Positions 1-11,708 of a stretch of 64,000 nt of DNA are shown in pieces. Positions within the stretch are counted from its first letter, which is position 1, and every line of letters starts with the position of its first letter. The notes beneath the pieces are model-generated. The model did no database searches and had not been told where the DNA came from. It worked only from the letters and a program-made list of their open reading frames with translations. Position numbers and translations under genes: made by a program. This stretch comes from an uncultured Phycisphaerales bacterium. Its GTDB lineage: Bacteria; Planctomycetota; Phycisphaerae; Tepidisphaerales; Tepidisphaeraceae. Location: NCBI GenBank assembly GCA_963844715.1, contig CAWJPJ010000006.1, positions 992,001-1,056,000 on the forward strand, read 5' to 3'.

Positions 1-533
1 ACCAGCGTGCGGCGGATTTCCGCGATTTGCGCCGCCGCGTCCTCGGGGTGCAAGTGCTCCATGAGCTGATTGCTGTACGCGACCGTGACGGATTGCGAGG
101 GAATCGGAATCTTCACGCCGTCGGTGATCACCCATGAGAAATTCTTAGGCGGATGGGAATCCGACGAAATAATCTCCGACACATCCACCGCATAAGCCCG
201 CTGGGCCCGCCGCGCGACGGTGATTGCCAGATGCCCGTCCCCCGCGCCGATTTCCAGATACGCCGATTTCGGCCCGATGAATCGCGACAAAAGCTGCCAC
301 TGCCAATGCGTGGCCGCAAGCTGCCGCTGCGGGTCGGCCTTTCGCGTATTTTGAGGATGATCCTGCACCCGCGCGAACAGCTCGTTGTACACCTCGCGAT
401 AAAGCCCGCGCCGATCGGCGGCAGTCGCGTTCCGCAAACGATCCGCCAGTTCCTTTTCAATTTCAAAATGATTGCGAAGCATCGTCAGATCGCGATTGCC
501 GGTCGGGGGGGGCGGCGGCGCCTGGGCCACCAT
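1..533 (-). CDS. Class I SAM-dependent methyltransferase (runs off the window edge)
   Basis: Not in the ORF track. Manual translation from ATG 533: MVAQAPPP...YLEIGAGDGHLA...AYAVDVS...VAYSNQLMEHLHPEDA, containing the SAM motif I and the downstream 'EHL' motif. Confidence 0.85.
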   Translation of the reverse strand, partial: MVAQAPPPPPTGNRDLTMLRNHFEIEKELADRLRNATAADRRGLYREVYNELFARVQDHPQNTRKADPQRQLAATHWQWQLLSRFIGPKSAYLEIGAGDGHLAITVARRAQRAYAVDVSEIISSDSHPPKNFSWVITDGVKIPIPSQSVTVAYSNQLMEHLHPEDAAAQIAEIRRTL

Positions 534-543
534 CCATCCGGAT

Positions 544-1393
544 TTAAAACAAACCCACCACCCTTCGGGTGAGAACGGCTCCCGCGCCAGCCGCTGCATC
601 GCCGGCGTCATCGCGGCACGCCCCTGCCCGCGCGAGATGAGCCGCCGCCCAACCGCGGAAAACCTGCGCTTCCAATTTCCTCAGCCGCGACGGCGTAAGA
701 AGATCCCGATGCCGTGCCAGCACGCGGATCATCGGCTCGTAACCGTGCTTCGGATCGCCCCGCGACAGCGAAGCCGGCACCAGCACCGCCGTCGCCAGCG
801 GCTGCGAAAGAATATATCCGCCGCTCTCGCGAAGGACGGAAATCCACAAATCGCGATCCTCCGCCGGCTCAAATTCGGTCAAAAATCGCTTGTCGCCAAG
901 CACCGTCCGGCGAACCATTACCGTCCCCGTCCAGACGTGCCATGCCATCTGCACGACATCGTCCCCCTCCGGACGAATCACGCGATCCAGCCATTCCGGC
1001 GGCGTCGATGCGGGCTCGCGCACGCTCCCCGGCATTTGCTGGAAAAATCGCGCCGCGACCAGGCCCACTTCCGGATGGTCTTCCAGAATCTTTAATTGCC
1101 GCTGGAGTCTTTCCGGCTCCCAATAATCATCGGCATCCAGGAAAGCGAGCAATTCCCCTCGCGCCGATTCGATCCCGCGATTGCGCGCGCACGCTACGCC
1201 GGCATTGGCTTGTCGAATGAGCGTCACAGCCGACCCAAATTCCGCCACCGCCCCCGCCAAATCGTCCGGGCTCCCGTCATCGATCACTAGAATCTCGTCG
1301 GGACGAACGGTTTGCGCCAGATATGCTGCGCACCGCCTGACCGATCGTATCGGCGGCCTTAAAAGCGGGAATAATGACACTGATCGTCGGCAT
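544..1393 (-). CDS. GT2 family glycosyltransferase (frameshifted)
   Basis: MPTISVIIPAF start at 1393 joins ORF 544..1557: EILVIDDGSPD, ARNRGI, FLDADDYW, EDRDLW. Confidence 0.88.
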
Positions 1394-1397
1394 TTTT

Positions 1398-2912
1398 TTA
1401 TCCGAAATGGGCAAACACGCGGACGAATAAGTACATCACGATGACGAAACACACCCCATAGAAAATGCCCCACCCCGTCATCCGCCACGACAGTCGCGGC
1501 ATGCTTTGCGGGCTGTAAACCGATGCGATACTCAAATAAACGGCCGCCATCCCCCACATCAAATATGTCGGCTCCGTGTACGCGCGCGACAAAGTCAGAT
1601 ACCCGACCACGTACGACGCAAACGCCCCCAGCAAGTATGGCTGAAATCGCGCCGTCGCCACATCCGTGAAAGCCGGCGCATAGCGAGGCTGACGCGCCAG
1701 GCCCCAGATCGCGTATACAAATCCGCCCAGGAAAAGCGTCCCGCCCACAAACCCCAGCTCCGAGAAGCAGTGCACGAACGAATTATGCGCCACCAGGCCC
1801 TCCTGATTGACGAACTGGTTCATGCCGATGCCGAACAGCGGAGCGGACTTGAACATCTCCAAACCCGCGCTCCAGAGTTTGATGCGATCCTGCGCGGTCG
1901 TTTCCTGGGTGTCGATCTGAGTCGCCCGGCCCGCAAACGCAACGAAAAGCACCGGCAGAACGACCAGCACCAGTGGAATGGAACGCCTGAATCCAAATCG
2001 GGCGATGATGAAGACGGCGATACCCGTCATCAGTGCCATGAATCCGCCGCGAGAGTGCGTGCAGTAGACCGCCCAAAGGAACATGACCGCGATCGGGATC
2101 CATCGTAAGTGATAGGCGTGCCAAAAACCCGGCCGCGGGCGCCTCCCATTCGGACCCGCCTGCTGCCCGTCGTGAAACCAATAAACGCACAGCAGAAACC
2201 CGAGGCAAAGGATCATGCACAGATCGTTCGGATCGTTGAAAATCCCCATGCTGCACAACCGCGGCATGGTTCCCACCGCGCCGGTAAGGGGGTCGATCTG
2301 GTCCAGCAGGTTTTGCTGATAGGCCGCGAGGGCCGCGTAATTGATGAAGCCGTGGAATTGCAGCAATCCAAGGGCCGTCAGGGCAACGATGCAGGGCGTT
2401 ATCCATTTCAGCAGAATCCGCAGCCGCGCCGGCGTCGTGACCAGCCCGACGATCATCATGTAATAGATCACCTTTTTGGCGAAGTCGATCGTGTCGCCGC
2501 GCGCATCGTAGAAATCGGCATGCGTAATGTGCGATAGAAAAACCGTCGGCAAAAGCATCAGCACGCAAAACGTGATCGGGCACCGCATCGCGCGCGTCAC
2601 GCGCATATTCATCGCCCACGCGGCAATCGTCAGGAACATCATCCCCTGGTAGATGGGCAGATTCGCCATGCTCGGCAGCAAGTCCGACGGGCGAAGGAAC
2701 ACCACCGCGTTGGTCGCCATGAAAAGCCAGAAAGGCAGCGTGGCCCCGCTCAGGCCAACCCTCTCCGCCATCGGGCGATGGACGGGAGTAACCGGCTCGG
2801 GCTGAAGCACCGGCTCCACGGCGCGCGTGCCGGCCAGCACCGAGAGCGTCCGCTCGCGCTCCGCCCGCGTTGGCTGGCTCCAGGGAGTGCTTGTGATCGA
2901 TTCGTCCGCCAT
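1398..2912 (-). CDS. O-antigen ligase/Wzy-polymerase-like polytopic membrane protein
   Basis: Many TM helices with GIFNDPNDL, THSRGG, DRIKLW, PLFGIG and AHNSFV motifs of the Wzy_C family. Confidence 0.85.
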   Translation of the reverse strand: MADESITSTPWSQPTRAERERTLSVLAGTRAVEPVLQPEPVTPVHRPMAERVGLSGATLPFWLFMATNAVVFLRPSDLLPSMANLPIYQGMMFLTIAAWAMNMRVTRAMRCPITFCVLMLLPTVFLSHITHADFYDARGDTIDFAKKVIYYMMIVGLVTTPARLRILLKWITPCIVALTALGLLQFHGFINYAALAAYQQNLLDQIDPLTGAVGTMPRLCSMGIFNDPNDLCMILCLGFLLCVYWFHDGQQAGPNGRRPRPGFWHAYHLRWIPIAVMFLWAVYCTHSRGGFMALMTGIAVFIIARFGFRRSIPLVLVVLPVLFVAFAGRATQIDTQETTAQDRIKLWSAGLEMFKSAPLFGIGMNQFVNQEGLVAHNSFVHCFSELGFVGGTLFLGGFVYAIWGLARQPRYAPAFTDVATARFQPYLLGAFASYVVGYLTLSRAYTEPTYLMWGMAAVYLSIASVYSPQSMPRLSWRMTGWGIFYGVCFVIVMYLFVRVFAHFG

Positions 2913-2987
2913 GGTCGTCACCGTCCGAAGACGGCGTTGAATTTCCCAAATATTATCGGCAAGTCTCAATACCGCGCAAAGCTCGCG

Positions 2988-3605
2988 TTATCCTATGCTC
3001 GCCGCCGCCGCGGCGTGCGCGGCACGAGCCAGTTCTATTCGCCCCGAGGGCGTCTCCAGCACGGCATAGGAAGGCCGTGGGTCGCCGTCACGCGGCTGGC
3101 CCACGCTGCCCGGGTTAACCAGCGCCACCGAGCCAATTTGTCTCAAAATCGGCCTGTGCGTGTGCCCGAGAACCACCACGTCCGCGTCGATTTCCGCGAA
3201 TCGCTCCCAGTTCCCAAAATCCGGATAGATATATTGCTCCTGCGGATTCCACGGGCTTCCGTGATACATCGCGATGCGCAATCCGTCGAGCGCAAACCGC
3301 TTTTCGCACGGCAGCGTCGAAAGAAAATCCAGGTTCTCCCGCGTGATCAGCGACCGCGTCATATCCAGTGACCGCCGCAAAATCGCATTGGCAGACGCCG
3401 GCGGATTCCTGAGATAAACGTCGTGGTTCCCCGCGATCATCTCCACGCCCCGCTCGCGCAACTCCGCGATCACTTCGTTGGGCGACTCGAAATACCCCGT
3501 GATGTCCCCCGCGCAAAAAATCGCGTCGGCATCCCGCAGCGCATCCAGAACCGCCCGCAAGGCGGGAAGATTCCCATGAATATCAGAGATCAATCCAACT
3601 CGCAT
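2988..3605 (-). CDS. Calcineurin-like metallophosphoesterase (YfcE/MJ0936-like)
   Basis: DIHGN, GDITGY, GNHD, HGSP, GHTH and NPGSVGQPRDGDP motifs. Confidence 0.9.
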   Translation of the reverse strand: MRVGLISDIHGNLPALRAVLDALRDADAIFCAGDITGYFESPNEVIAELRERGVEMIAGNHDVYLRNPPASANAILRRSLDMTRSLITRENLDFLSTLPCEKRFALDGLRIAMYHGSPWNPQEQYIYPDFGNWERFAEIDADVVVLGHTHRPILRQIGSVALVNPGSVGQPRDGDPRPSYAVLETPSGRIELARAAHAAAAASIG

Positions 3606-3615
3606 ATCTTTTCCG

Positions 3616-4668
3616 CTAAGCCTTCGGCACCGAAGACATATCCTTCGACGGCACAATCACGCTTGCGAAGGCGCGGATCGCCGCGACGTCCGTTTGATAA
3701 TTGACGCGCGCGAATTGCTCGCCGAATACGAAATTGCGGATGAGCGTGTCCGCCTCGTTGAAACCCACCTGGGCCCGGATCCAGCTCGTTCCCGAAAAGC
3801 GCGGGTGCACTTCAAACACATAAACCTTCCCATGATGCAGCCGCAATTGAATGTTCAGCGGCCCGCGCGCCCCCAGCTTCAGGGCCAGTTCCTCGCAGGC
3901 GCTTTGGATTTGGGGGTGCTTACGAATATGGCCCTGTGAATAGCCGGTGGAGAGCGCGTAGGTTTTGCCATTGATCTCGCGCTTCGTCCCCAGGCTCAAT
4001 CCCGACAAGATGCGATGCATGACGATCGAGTCGATGATTTTCCCTTCCCTGGAAATCATCACACCAACCGTATATTCGCTATTCATGCACCCGACGTATT
4101 CCTGGAAGAGGATTTTTTCCGCCGGAAAGGATTGCAGATAAATCTCGACTTCTTCCTCGTCGTTCAGCAGAGCGACTCCGCGCGATCCCCCGGTATCTTC
4201 CGTCGGCTTTGCCACCAGCGGATACCCGCATTCCTTTGCAAGATTCATCCATCCCTCACCCGTCGCCCCGCGCGGCGTGTAAATCGAATTGGCCTCCAGC
4301 CATTGCGCCAAAATTTCCTTTCTCTTGGCCATTTCCACGATGCCCGAAGGATTTGCTATCAAGTGACAACCCACGCCCAGAGACTCGGTATTGTGCGACA
4401 GGACGTCCACCTCCGGCTGGGTCCCCGGAAGAATCGCGACGATTCCCTCTTTCATCACGATCCGCCGCACCGCATCCAGATACTCCGGCGAATAACCCGG
4501 CGGCAAAAGGTAACGCCGCTCGACTCCATATAAGCCATAGGAGAACGCCGCCGCATCGGCTGCCACAGGCCGATACCGTTTCCCCGCCAGTTGAACGGCC
4601 TGAAGCACCTGGTGCCCCACGGAACGCCCGCCGACGCCGGTAATCAAGACTGGAATTGGTTCGCTCAT
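3616..4668 (-). CDS. ATP-grasp (carbamoyl-phosphate-synthase-like) ligase
   Basis: VLITGVGG N-terminus, YPLVAKP..GGSRGV, QEYV, EYTVGV, NIQLR..FEVHPRFSG. Confidence 0.85.
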   Translation of the reverse strand: MSEPIPVLITGVGGRSVGHQVLQAVQLAGKRYRPVAADAAAFSYGLYGVERRYLLPPGYSPEYLDAVRRIVMKEGIVAILPGTQPEVDVLSHNTESLGVGCHLIANPSGIVEMAKRKEILAQWLEANSIYTPRGATGEGWMNLAKECGYPLVAKPTEDTGGSRGVALLNDEEEVEIYLQSFPAEKILFQEYVGCMNSEYTVGVMISREGKIIDSIVMHRILSGLSLGTKREINGKTYALSTGYSQGHIRKHPQIQSACEELALKLGARGPLNIQLRLHHGKVYVFEVHPRFSGTSWIRAQVGFNEADTLIRNFVFGEQFARVNYQTDVAAIRAFASVIVPSKDMSSVPKA

Positions 4669-5649
4669 ACGGTTGTGTGACTCACGTTGTTATCCGCCGC
4701 AAAAGTCGGACCTCCCGCCGGCGGATCAGGTTCGTTGCCCCGACCCAGAAGACGATTCAACAACCCAACGCATCGGCCGAAATTCCCGGTGAATAAAACC
4801 GTTTCGTGAAAGAACGCCGGGGACTGCGCCCTCCCAAGCAATCGGACGGCACGGCCTCCGGCCCGCAGAGCCCGATACCCGCAATGAAATAGCTCACTCG
4901 CATGGGCGTCGCACTCCGGCATCGCCCGAGCCGCGCTGCGATTCCCGTGGAAACAGCGCCGCCAGAACCATTTTCGCTCCAGCCGGCTGCGCGGCACCCG
5001 ATGCCCGACCACCGCGCGAGATTCATAAAATAATTTCCCGCCCGCCGCGACGACGCGCGATAGCAACTCATATTCCTCATCGCCGATCAGGCTCGTGCCG
5101 ATCCGCCCCAGGTCGGTCCGGAAGCACCCCACCCGATTCATCCAGTCGCGGCGGATGGCGAGATTCAGGCCATACAACTCGTCCGCCTGCGCCGGGCGCG
5201 GTTCATCGCCAAGTTCCACGAGAGTGAGAAACCCCTCATCGCGCGGATCAAGCCAATCCGGCCTTTTATCCGGATAGACCAGATGGGCCCGCCCGCCCAC
5301 CGCGGCATACGCCCCGTCAGAAAACGCACCCGACATCGCCGCCAGCCAATTCGCATCAACATCCACGTCGTCGTCCAGAAAGGCGATCACGTCGAACTTG
5401 GCCGCCCGGATCGCGCAGTTGCGCATGGCTCAGCCCGAGCCGATATTCCGCAATGCACCGCACCGGAATGCCGCTGGTTTTGGCGGCCTCAGCCGCCACG
5501 GACTCCGTCCCGTCCGTGCATCCGTTTGCGATCACCAGAATTTCCGCGCTCGTTCCCGGCGCGGGTTGGATGCGCCCAGGCTCGCCAGCGTCAAGGCCAG
5601 TTCGCCGGCGCGGTTGTGCGTCGCCATGGCAATGGAAATACCGGTCATG
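4665..5649 (-). CDS. GT2 family glycosyltransferase (frameshifted)
   Basis: MTGISIAMATHNR start; VIANGCTDGT; FLDDDV; GLNLAIRR..FRTDLGR..GDEEYEL. Confidence 0.87.
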
Positions 5650-6588
5650 ATTCGCCGACCGCGGGCGAGACCAGACCGAGGCGAAAGCTGCGCCGCGTGA
5701 ATAAACGCTTTCCCGATCGCCACGAGGTTGGCGCTGGGACTGAAGCCGCAAAAGATGGAGCGGCGATAGGAGCCGAGGGCGCGGATGGGCGCGCCCTGGT
5801 GTGCCTGATAATACCCCACGTCGAAATACGCCTGCCCCACCCGGCGTCGCATTTTCTTCAGGTGATCCCCCCACTGTTCCAGCAATTTGGTATCGCCGCG
5901 GATCTGCTCGATCGCGCGAGTCAGAACGCGAATCGTCGCCTGCTCCGTTCGCTGCGCATTGGTGCTGACGGACCCCGCGTAGCGCCGATAAAACCCTCCG
6001 ACGCGCCAAACCGTCGCCAATTCACAGCCGCGCAAAGACATGCGCAGCCAAAGATCCCAGTCCTCGCAGCTCCAGACCGCCAGATCAGTATCGAACCCGC
6101 CCACATCCTCGAACATCCGCCGCGAGCACATGAACGCCAGCGGCGGGGCAAAATTATCGTAAAAAAGCCGCGGCAGCGCCGGCGTATTCCGCGGCAGCAG
6201 CCGATCCTCCCCAACCCCCGGATCAACCGAAAATTGCCGCACGCCCATCACACACAAGCGGTCCTGCCGGCCCCCCATTTCCTGCATCAGCCATTCGATC
6301 GCCTGGGGATGGAGCAGATCGTCCGCATCAAGAAACAGCAGATACTCGCCCGAGGAAGCTTTCGCCCCCGCGTTCCGCGCCGCGGATACGCCCGCGTTTT
6401 TTTGTTTGATGTAAATCGCGCCCTTCCCATCCTTGGCCATCACGTCGTCCGTGTCGTCGTCGGAGCCGTCGTTGACGACGATCACTTCCCCCGGGTTATA
6501 GCTCTGCGTGTGCCGCCGATTCCACCGCGTCCCCGAGGAATCGCCCCTGGCGATAGCACGGAATGATGATGGAGACCGTGGCGGCCAT
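5646..6588 (-). CDS. GT2 family glycosyltransferase (frameshifted)
   Basis: MAATVSIIIPCY start; VVNDGSDD, ARNAG, FLDADD, CEDWDLW. Confidence 0.87.
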
Positions 6589-6596
6589 GAAACATC

Positions 6597-7892
6597 TCAG
6601 ACTTTCGACGCCGTTAATTTCGCCTCGTGCAGCGTCTTGCTCGCCCACGACCATTGCGCCGGCTCGTGGAAAATGCCGAACTCCGTGTTCAGCAGCGGGT
6701 CCTTCACGTGAAATTTCTTCCCGACCTGCGAGCAATACAGCTTCTCGAACGTGGAATCCCACGCCAGGAGATTCACGTTGTACGAATCGGCCACCAGCTT
6801 CATCGGCGGCGTGGTCAGTTCGATCGCCCCATCTCCCTCGACAACGCCCGTGGCAAATCCATCGGTGGCCGTCGTATAACAGCAGCAGGCGATCTCATCG
6901 CTGGCCCGCACAATCGACACGGTAAAATTCGGCGCGACGATCGGCTCGGTCGCGCGATAGTGCAGACGCAGCCGCATCCGCGCGCAAAATCGAACATCGA
7001 AGCCTCCCGCCCCGATTCGTCCAGGACTTCAACTTCGGTGAATCGGATCGGGCATTTCGTCGGGTCGTTTCCGACAGCCCCTTCCGCCCAGGCCGCCATC
7101 TGCATGCGGCTGTCGTTTTCGTATCGCTGAGTCACCTCTTCCGTGCGCCCGTCCGCAACCACCTGACCCTTGGCGACATATATCGCCCGGTCGCACATGC
7201 TCTTGATCGCGAACATGTTGTGCGACACCAGCAGAAGCGTAACGCCGCGTTCCGCCAGCCGCTTGGCGTGTTCCATGCACTTGCGCTGAAACGCCAGGTC
7301 GCCCACCGCGAGCACTTCATCGAGCAGCAAAATATCCGGCTCCAGATGCGCCGCCACCGCAAACGCCAGGCGGACATACATGCCGCTGCTGTAACGCTTC
7401 ACCGGCGTATCGATGAATTGCCGAATCTCCGAAAAATCCACGATATCGTCGAACTTCGCGGCGATTTCCTTCCGCCCCATGCCGATGATCGCCCCGTTCA
7501 GGAAAACGTTTTCCCGCCCAGTTAATTCCGGATGAAATCCCGTCCCCACTTCCAGCAGGCTCCCCACCCGCCCGCGCAGGGTCACTTCGCCGCTCGTCGG
7601 CGGCGTGATCCGGCTGAGAATCTTCAGCAGCGTCGATTTCCCCGCCCCGTTGCGCCCGATGATCCCCACCGATTCCCCACGCCGCACGTTGAACGAAACG
7701 TCCTTCAACGCCCACAGTTCCGTCGGCGACGCGCCCGCGATGCGCCCCGGCTTGGCCGTGCAAAATCCTCCGCGCCGTCCGCTTCACGCCCGTTACCAGC
7801 GCATCGCGCAGGCTGCCGTACCGCCCGTCGCGCAATTCGCCCAGGCGAAAACGCTTGCACAGATGCTCGACTTGTATCGCGTTTGGATTCAT
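6597..7892 (-). CDS. wzt: Polysaccharide ABC exporter ATP-binding protein with C-terminal Wzt carbohydrate-binding domain (frameshifted)
   Basis: GRNGAGKST, YSSGMYVRLAF, LLDEVLAVGD, plus a beta-rich C-terminal extension (6597..6977). Confidence 0.9.
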
Positions 7893-9545
7893 AGTGATAC
7901 CGGATGCGGCTTCATAAATGGCCGCATCGCCCCCCGCAGCAGTGACCAGAGTTTCGGCCCGCACCGCATTTTCCATTCCAGCCGCCGATAGGCGCTGGTT
8001 TCGGCGATCGCCGGATTAATCTCCAGCGCGACCTCCAGGCCGCGCCGGCATTCAACAACGTTACCCTGCTCGAAATATTCGTTCGCAACGTAAAACGCCT
8101 CGCGGCTGAGCACCTGGATCATTTCATCGTGCAGTTTCTGCGGATCGGAGATCTTATCCGCATAAGCCTTGAGCAGAGATTCAATGGCGACGCGCCGTTC
8201 CTTCAGATCGGAGTAACTCCGATAGCGCGTGGACATGTTCTTTCCATGCAGGCGGTAATACGCCTGATGCGCCACCGTCTCGGCAATGTCGCCATGGACG
8301 GCAAAGCGCATCCACATTTCCATATCGCCCGTGTGAAGCAGTTCGCGTCGATACCCGCCAAGTTCTTTTTGCAAATGCGTGCGAAGGACGACCGTCGGCG
8401 TCTGAACCAGATTCAATCCTCCCCCGCAGAAAATCCGCACGAATTGCCGCCCCTCGACAATTTTGTATTCGTCGCTCTGATTGATCGGCTCCCTGCTCTT
8501 GTCGGGATCTTCGCAGACGATCGCCTGCCCGTGAACCAGCCCGACATTCGGATATTTGGCGAAAATCTTGGCCGCCCGTGACAGGGCCCCCGGCAGAAGA
8601 CGATCGTCCGCCGAAAGAAGCAGGAAAAAATCCCCGCCCGCCCAGGCGATTCCCTCGTTGTAGGTGGCGATGTGCCCGTGATTGATCACGTGCCGCCGGA
8701 ATTCCACGCGCCGATCGGCGCGCTCCAGCGCCGCCGCGACCTCGGGCGTGTTGTCCGGCGAGCAGTCGTCGATGATCAGAACCCGAACGTCCACGTCGCT
8801 TTGGCTCAGCACGCTCTGCACGCAATCGCTGAGATAATGCGCGTATTTGTAACAGGGAACCACGACATCCACGCGCGGCAGCTTCGGCCCGGCGGACGCG
8901 CTGTGCCGGACCAGCGGCCGCGCGGGATTGCCCACGACGACCTGCCCGGAAGAGACATTATCGATCACAACCGAGCCCATCCCGACCAGCGCGGAATCAC
9001 CGATTGTCACTCGCTGCCGAATAGCGCACCGGGCGCCCAGATAACAGGATTTGCCGATCGTTGCGCAACCGCTGACGCACACGCCAGGAGCAACCACCGT
9101 GAAGGCCCCGACGCGCGAATCATGCCCCACCGCGCACAGCGGCCACAACGCCACATGGTCCTCGATAACCGCCGTTCCACTCACGCTCACGCCGGGCCCG
9201 ACATAAACGCCGCGTCCCAGCGTCGCCAGCCGGGAAACCGTCGCGCGCGGATGGACGAGCGTCGCGAAATTATCCGCAGCCAGGCGGGTCCGCGCAACCA
9301 GGCGTTGCCGATCACGGAAACTCAAGTCGCTCCCAATCGCCAGAATAAATTTGCAATCCCCGAACGAGTCGGCTTCATCCAGCGTGCCCAGAATCTCGTA
9401 CCCCAGAAACTTCGCCCCGCGAGGTTTCGCGTCGTCCAGAAACCCGGCGATTTCCCACGTGGCGCAACATCATTGACGGCTTCGACGACTTGAACAAAGT
9501 CGTAAGCCCCCCGCCGGCGCCCAGAATGATAAGTCGCTCGCTCAT
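7889..9545 (-). CDS. PglD/NeuD-like sugar acetyltransferase fused to a GT2 glycosyltransferase
   Basis: MSERLIILGAGG start (frameshift near the N-terminus), hexapeptide repeats ending VGNPAR, then in frame VDVVVPCYKY..IIDDCSPD..LSADD. Confidence 0.82.
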
Positions 9546-10697
9546 GCGCCTCGGGATAAATCGCGAATCTGATCGATGACGTAAATCTGTTCTTCGTCTG
9601 TTAGCTGATGATAAAGCGGCAGCAAAATCACCGAATCGCGGGCCGCCTCGCTATGGGGCAAGTTCCATTTCTCGCCCGCGTAAGACGCTTCCTGGTGCGA
9701 ATTCATGATCCCGCGCCGGGTGCTGATTCCCCGATCCAGCAATCCCTGCATCAGTTCGTCCCGAGAAATCGGGAACCGATCCGTCACCCTGACGGCATAC
9801 GATTGAAAGTTCGATCGATAATCCGCATGCTCCAGCGGCGGGACCAGCCCCGGAAATTCCGCCAGCGCCAACCGTGTAATTCGCCGCCAGCGCCCGCCGG
9901 CGGACCAGCAGTTCCGGCAACCGCTTCAATTGCACGCGCCCCACCGCCGCCTGGATATCCGTCATCCGGTAATTGAACCCCACGTCCGGATACTGCTCAA
10001 AAACGATTTGCTTTGCCGAATGGCGAACCGTGTCCGGCACGCTCATCGCATGCTGCCGCAGCATCTTGGCGCGCTCGGCAAGCGCGGAGTCCGACGTCGT
10101 GATCATCCCGCCATCTCCCGTGGTGATGACCTTGCGGGGATGGAAACTGAAGCACGCCATCAACCCATGCGGCCGGCCGATGCGCTGCCACGTATTGTCC
10201 AGCCGGATTTCGCTCCCGCTGGCGCAGGCGGCATCTTCCACCACCGGGATTCCCCGGCGGCTGCCGATTTCCACAATCGACCGCAGATCGCACGGCAAGC
10301 CGATCTGATGCACCGGGAGAATCGCCTTCGTCTTCGCCGAAATCGCCCGCTCGATGAGGCGTGGGTCCATGTTGTACGTTGTCGGATCAATGTCCACGAA
10401 GACCGGTTTGGCCCCGCAATATCGCACGACATTCGCCGTCGCGATAAAGGAATGACTCACCGTGATCACTTCATCCCCCGGCCCGACGCCAAGAAGGTGC
10501 AAAGCCAAATGCAAAGCGGTTGTGCAATTGGAGACCGCGATGGCGTGTTTCGCGCCGACATACGCGGCGAATTCCTCCTCGAACCCCTGAACCTGCGGCC
10601 CCTGCGTAACCCAGCCGGAGAGGATCGCCAGCCGCGCGGCGGCAGCTTCCTCTTCCCCAAGAAACGGTTTGGCGACCGCGATATTCGGCCGGCTCAT
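9542..10697 (-). CDS. DegT/DnrJ/EryC1/StrS sugar aminotransferase (frameshifted)
   Basis: SGWVTQGP, VSNCTTALH, VEDAAC, FSFHPRKVITTGDGG, GFNYRMTD. Confidence 0.92.
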
Positions 10698-10702
10698 CGT
10701 CT

Positions 10703-11694
10703 TCACGCCATGACCTCCTGGCGAGGCATCGCGTTTTTTCTCCATTCAACCAGTTGCGCCAATCCCTGCTCCAGCGTCACTTGCGCCCTGAAGCCCAGCC
10801 CCGCCTCCGCGTTCTTCGTCTCGGCGAGCCGGCGTGGAACCGGATTCACCTTGCGCGGCGGATGAAATTCCGGCGACAAGTGATACGCCCCGCTCATCTT
10901 TTGCATCGCCTGCCAGAGCTGCAGCAAACTCGTCTCCGTCCCGCTGGCGACGTTGTACACATCGTCCACACGGTCCGACTTCATCGCAAGGATATTCGCC
11001 CGGGCGATGTCGGCGACGTTGATGAAATCCATCGACGCCGACCCGTCCCCATGAATTTGCGGGCGCATCCGCGATCGATCGCGTCCAGCCAGCGGATGAA
11101 CACCTCGGTGTACGCCCCCGTCACGTCCATGCGGGCCCCGTACGCGTTGAAATATCTCAGGCCCACCGACGCCATGCCGTACATGTCCGCGAAGCTGCGG
11201 GCGATCCCTTCGTTCATCACCTTGGCCGCCCCGTACAGCGTGCGATTGTTATAAGGATGATGCCGTTCCGTCGTCGGGAATTCATCCGCACCGCCGTAAA
11301 CGCTCGCGCTCGATGCGTAGACGATCTTCTTCACCTTCTCCGCGACCGCCGCCTCGAACACGTTGAACGTCCCCATGACCAGCACGTCCATGCACTCGCG
11401 CGGCCGTTCCGCGCAAAGCGTGATGCGAATCGCCGCCTGATGAAATACATAATCACATCCGGCGATCGCGTCGCGCACCGCCTTCGGTTCGCGTACGTCG
11501 CCTTGAATAAACCGCAGGTCCTTCCGGGCCATGGCCTCTTTGAGATTGTCCATCCGCCCGCGAACCAGGTTGTCCAGAATGCGGATTTCCCGCGCCCCCT
11601 CGTCGATCAGACGATCGACGATATGCGAGCCGATCAGGCCCGCGCCGCCCGTCACCAGGACAACCGAATCTTTCAACGAATGCTTTTCTTTCAC
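10703..11694 (-). CDS. NAD-dependent nucleotide-sugar epimerase/dehydratase (frameshifted)
   Basis: VTGGAGLIG, ASSASVYG, YGAAK, LRYFNAYG, DFINVADIARAN. Confidence 0.9.
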
Positions 11695-11708
11695 GTTCGA
11701 ACCTCAAT

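Noticed and set aside
5532..6485. Apparent GT2-GT2 read-through fusion
   Set aside because: An ATGA start/stop overlap at about 5646-5649 and the local indel rate favour two separate genes
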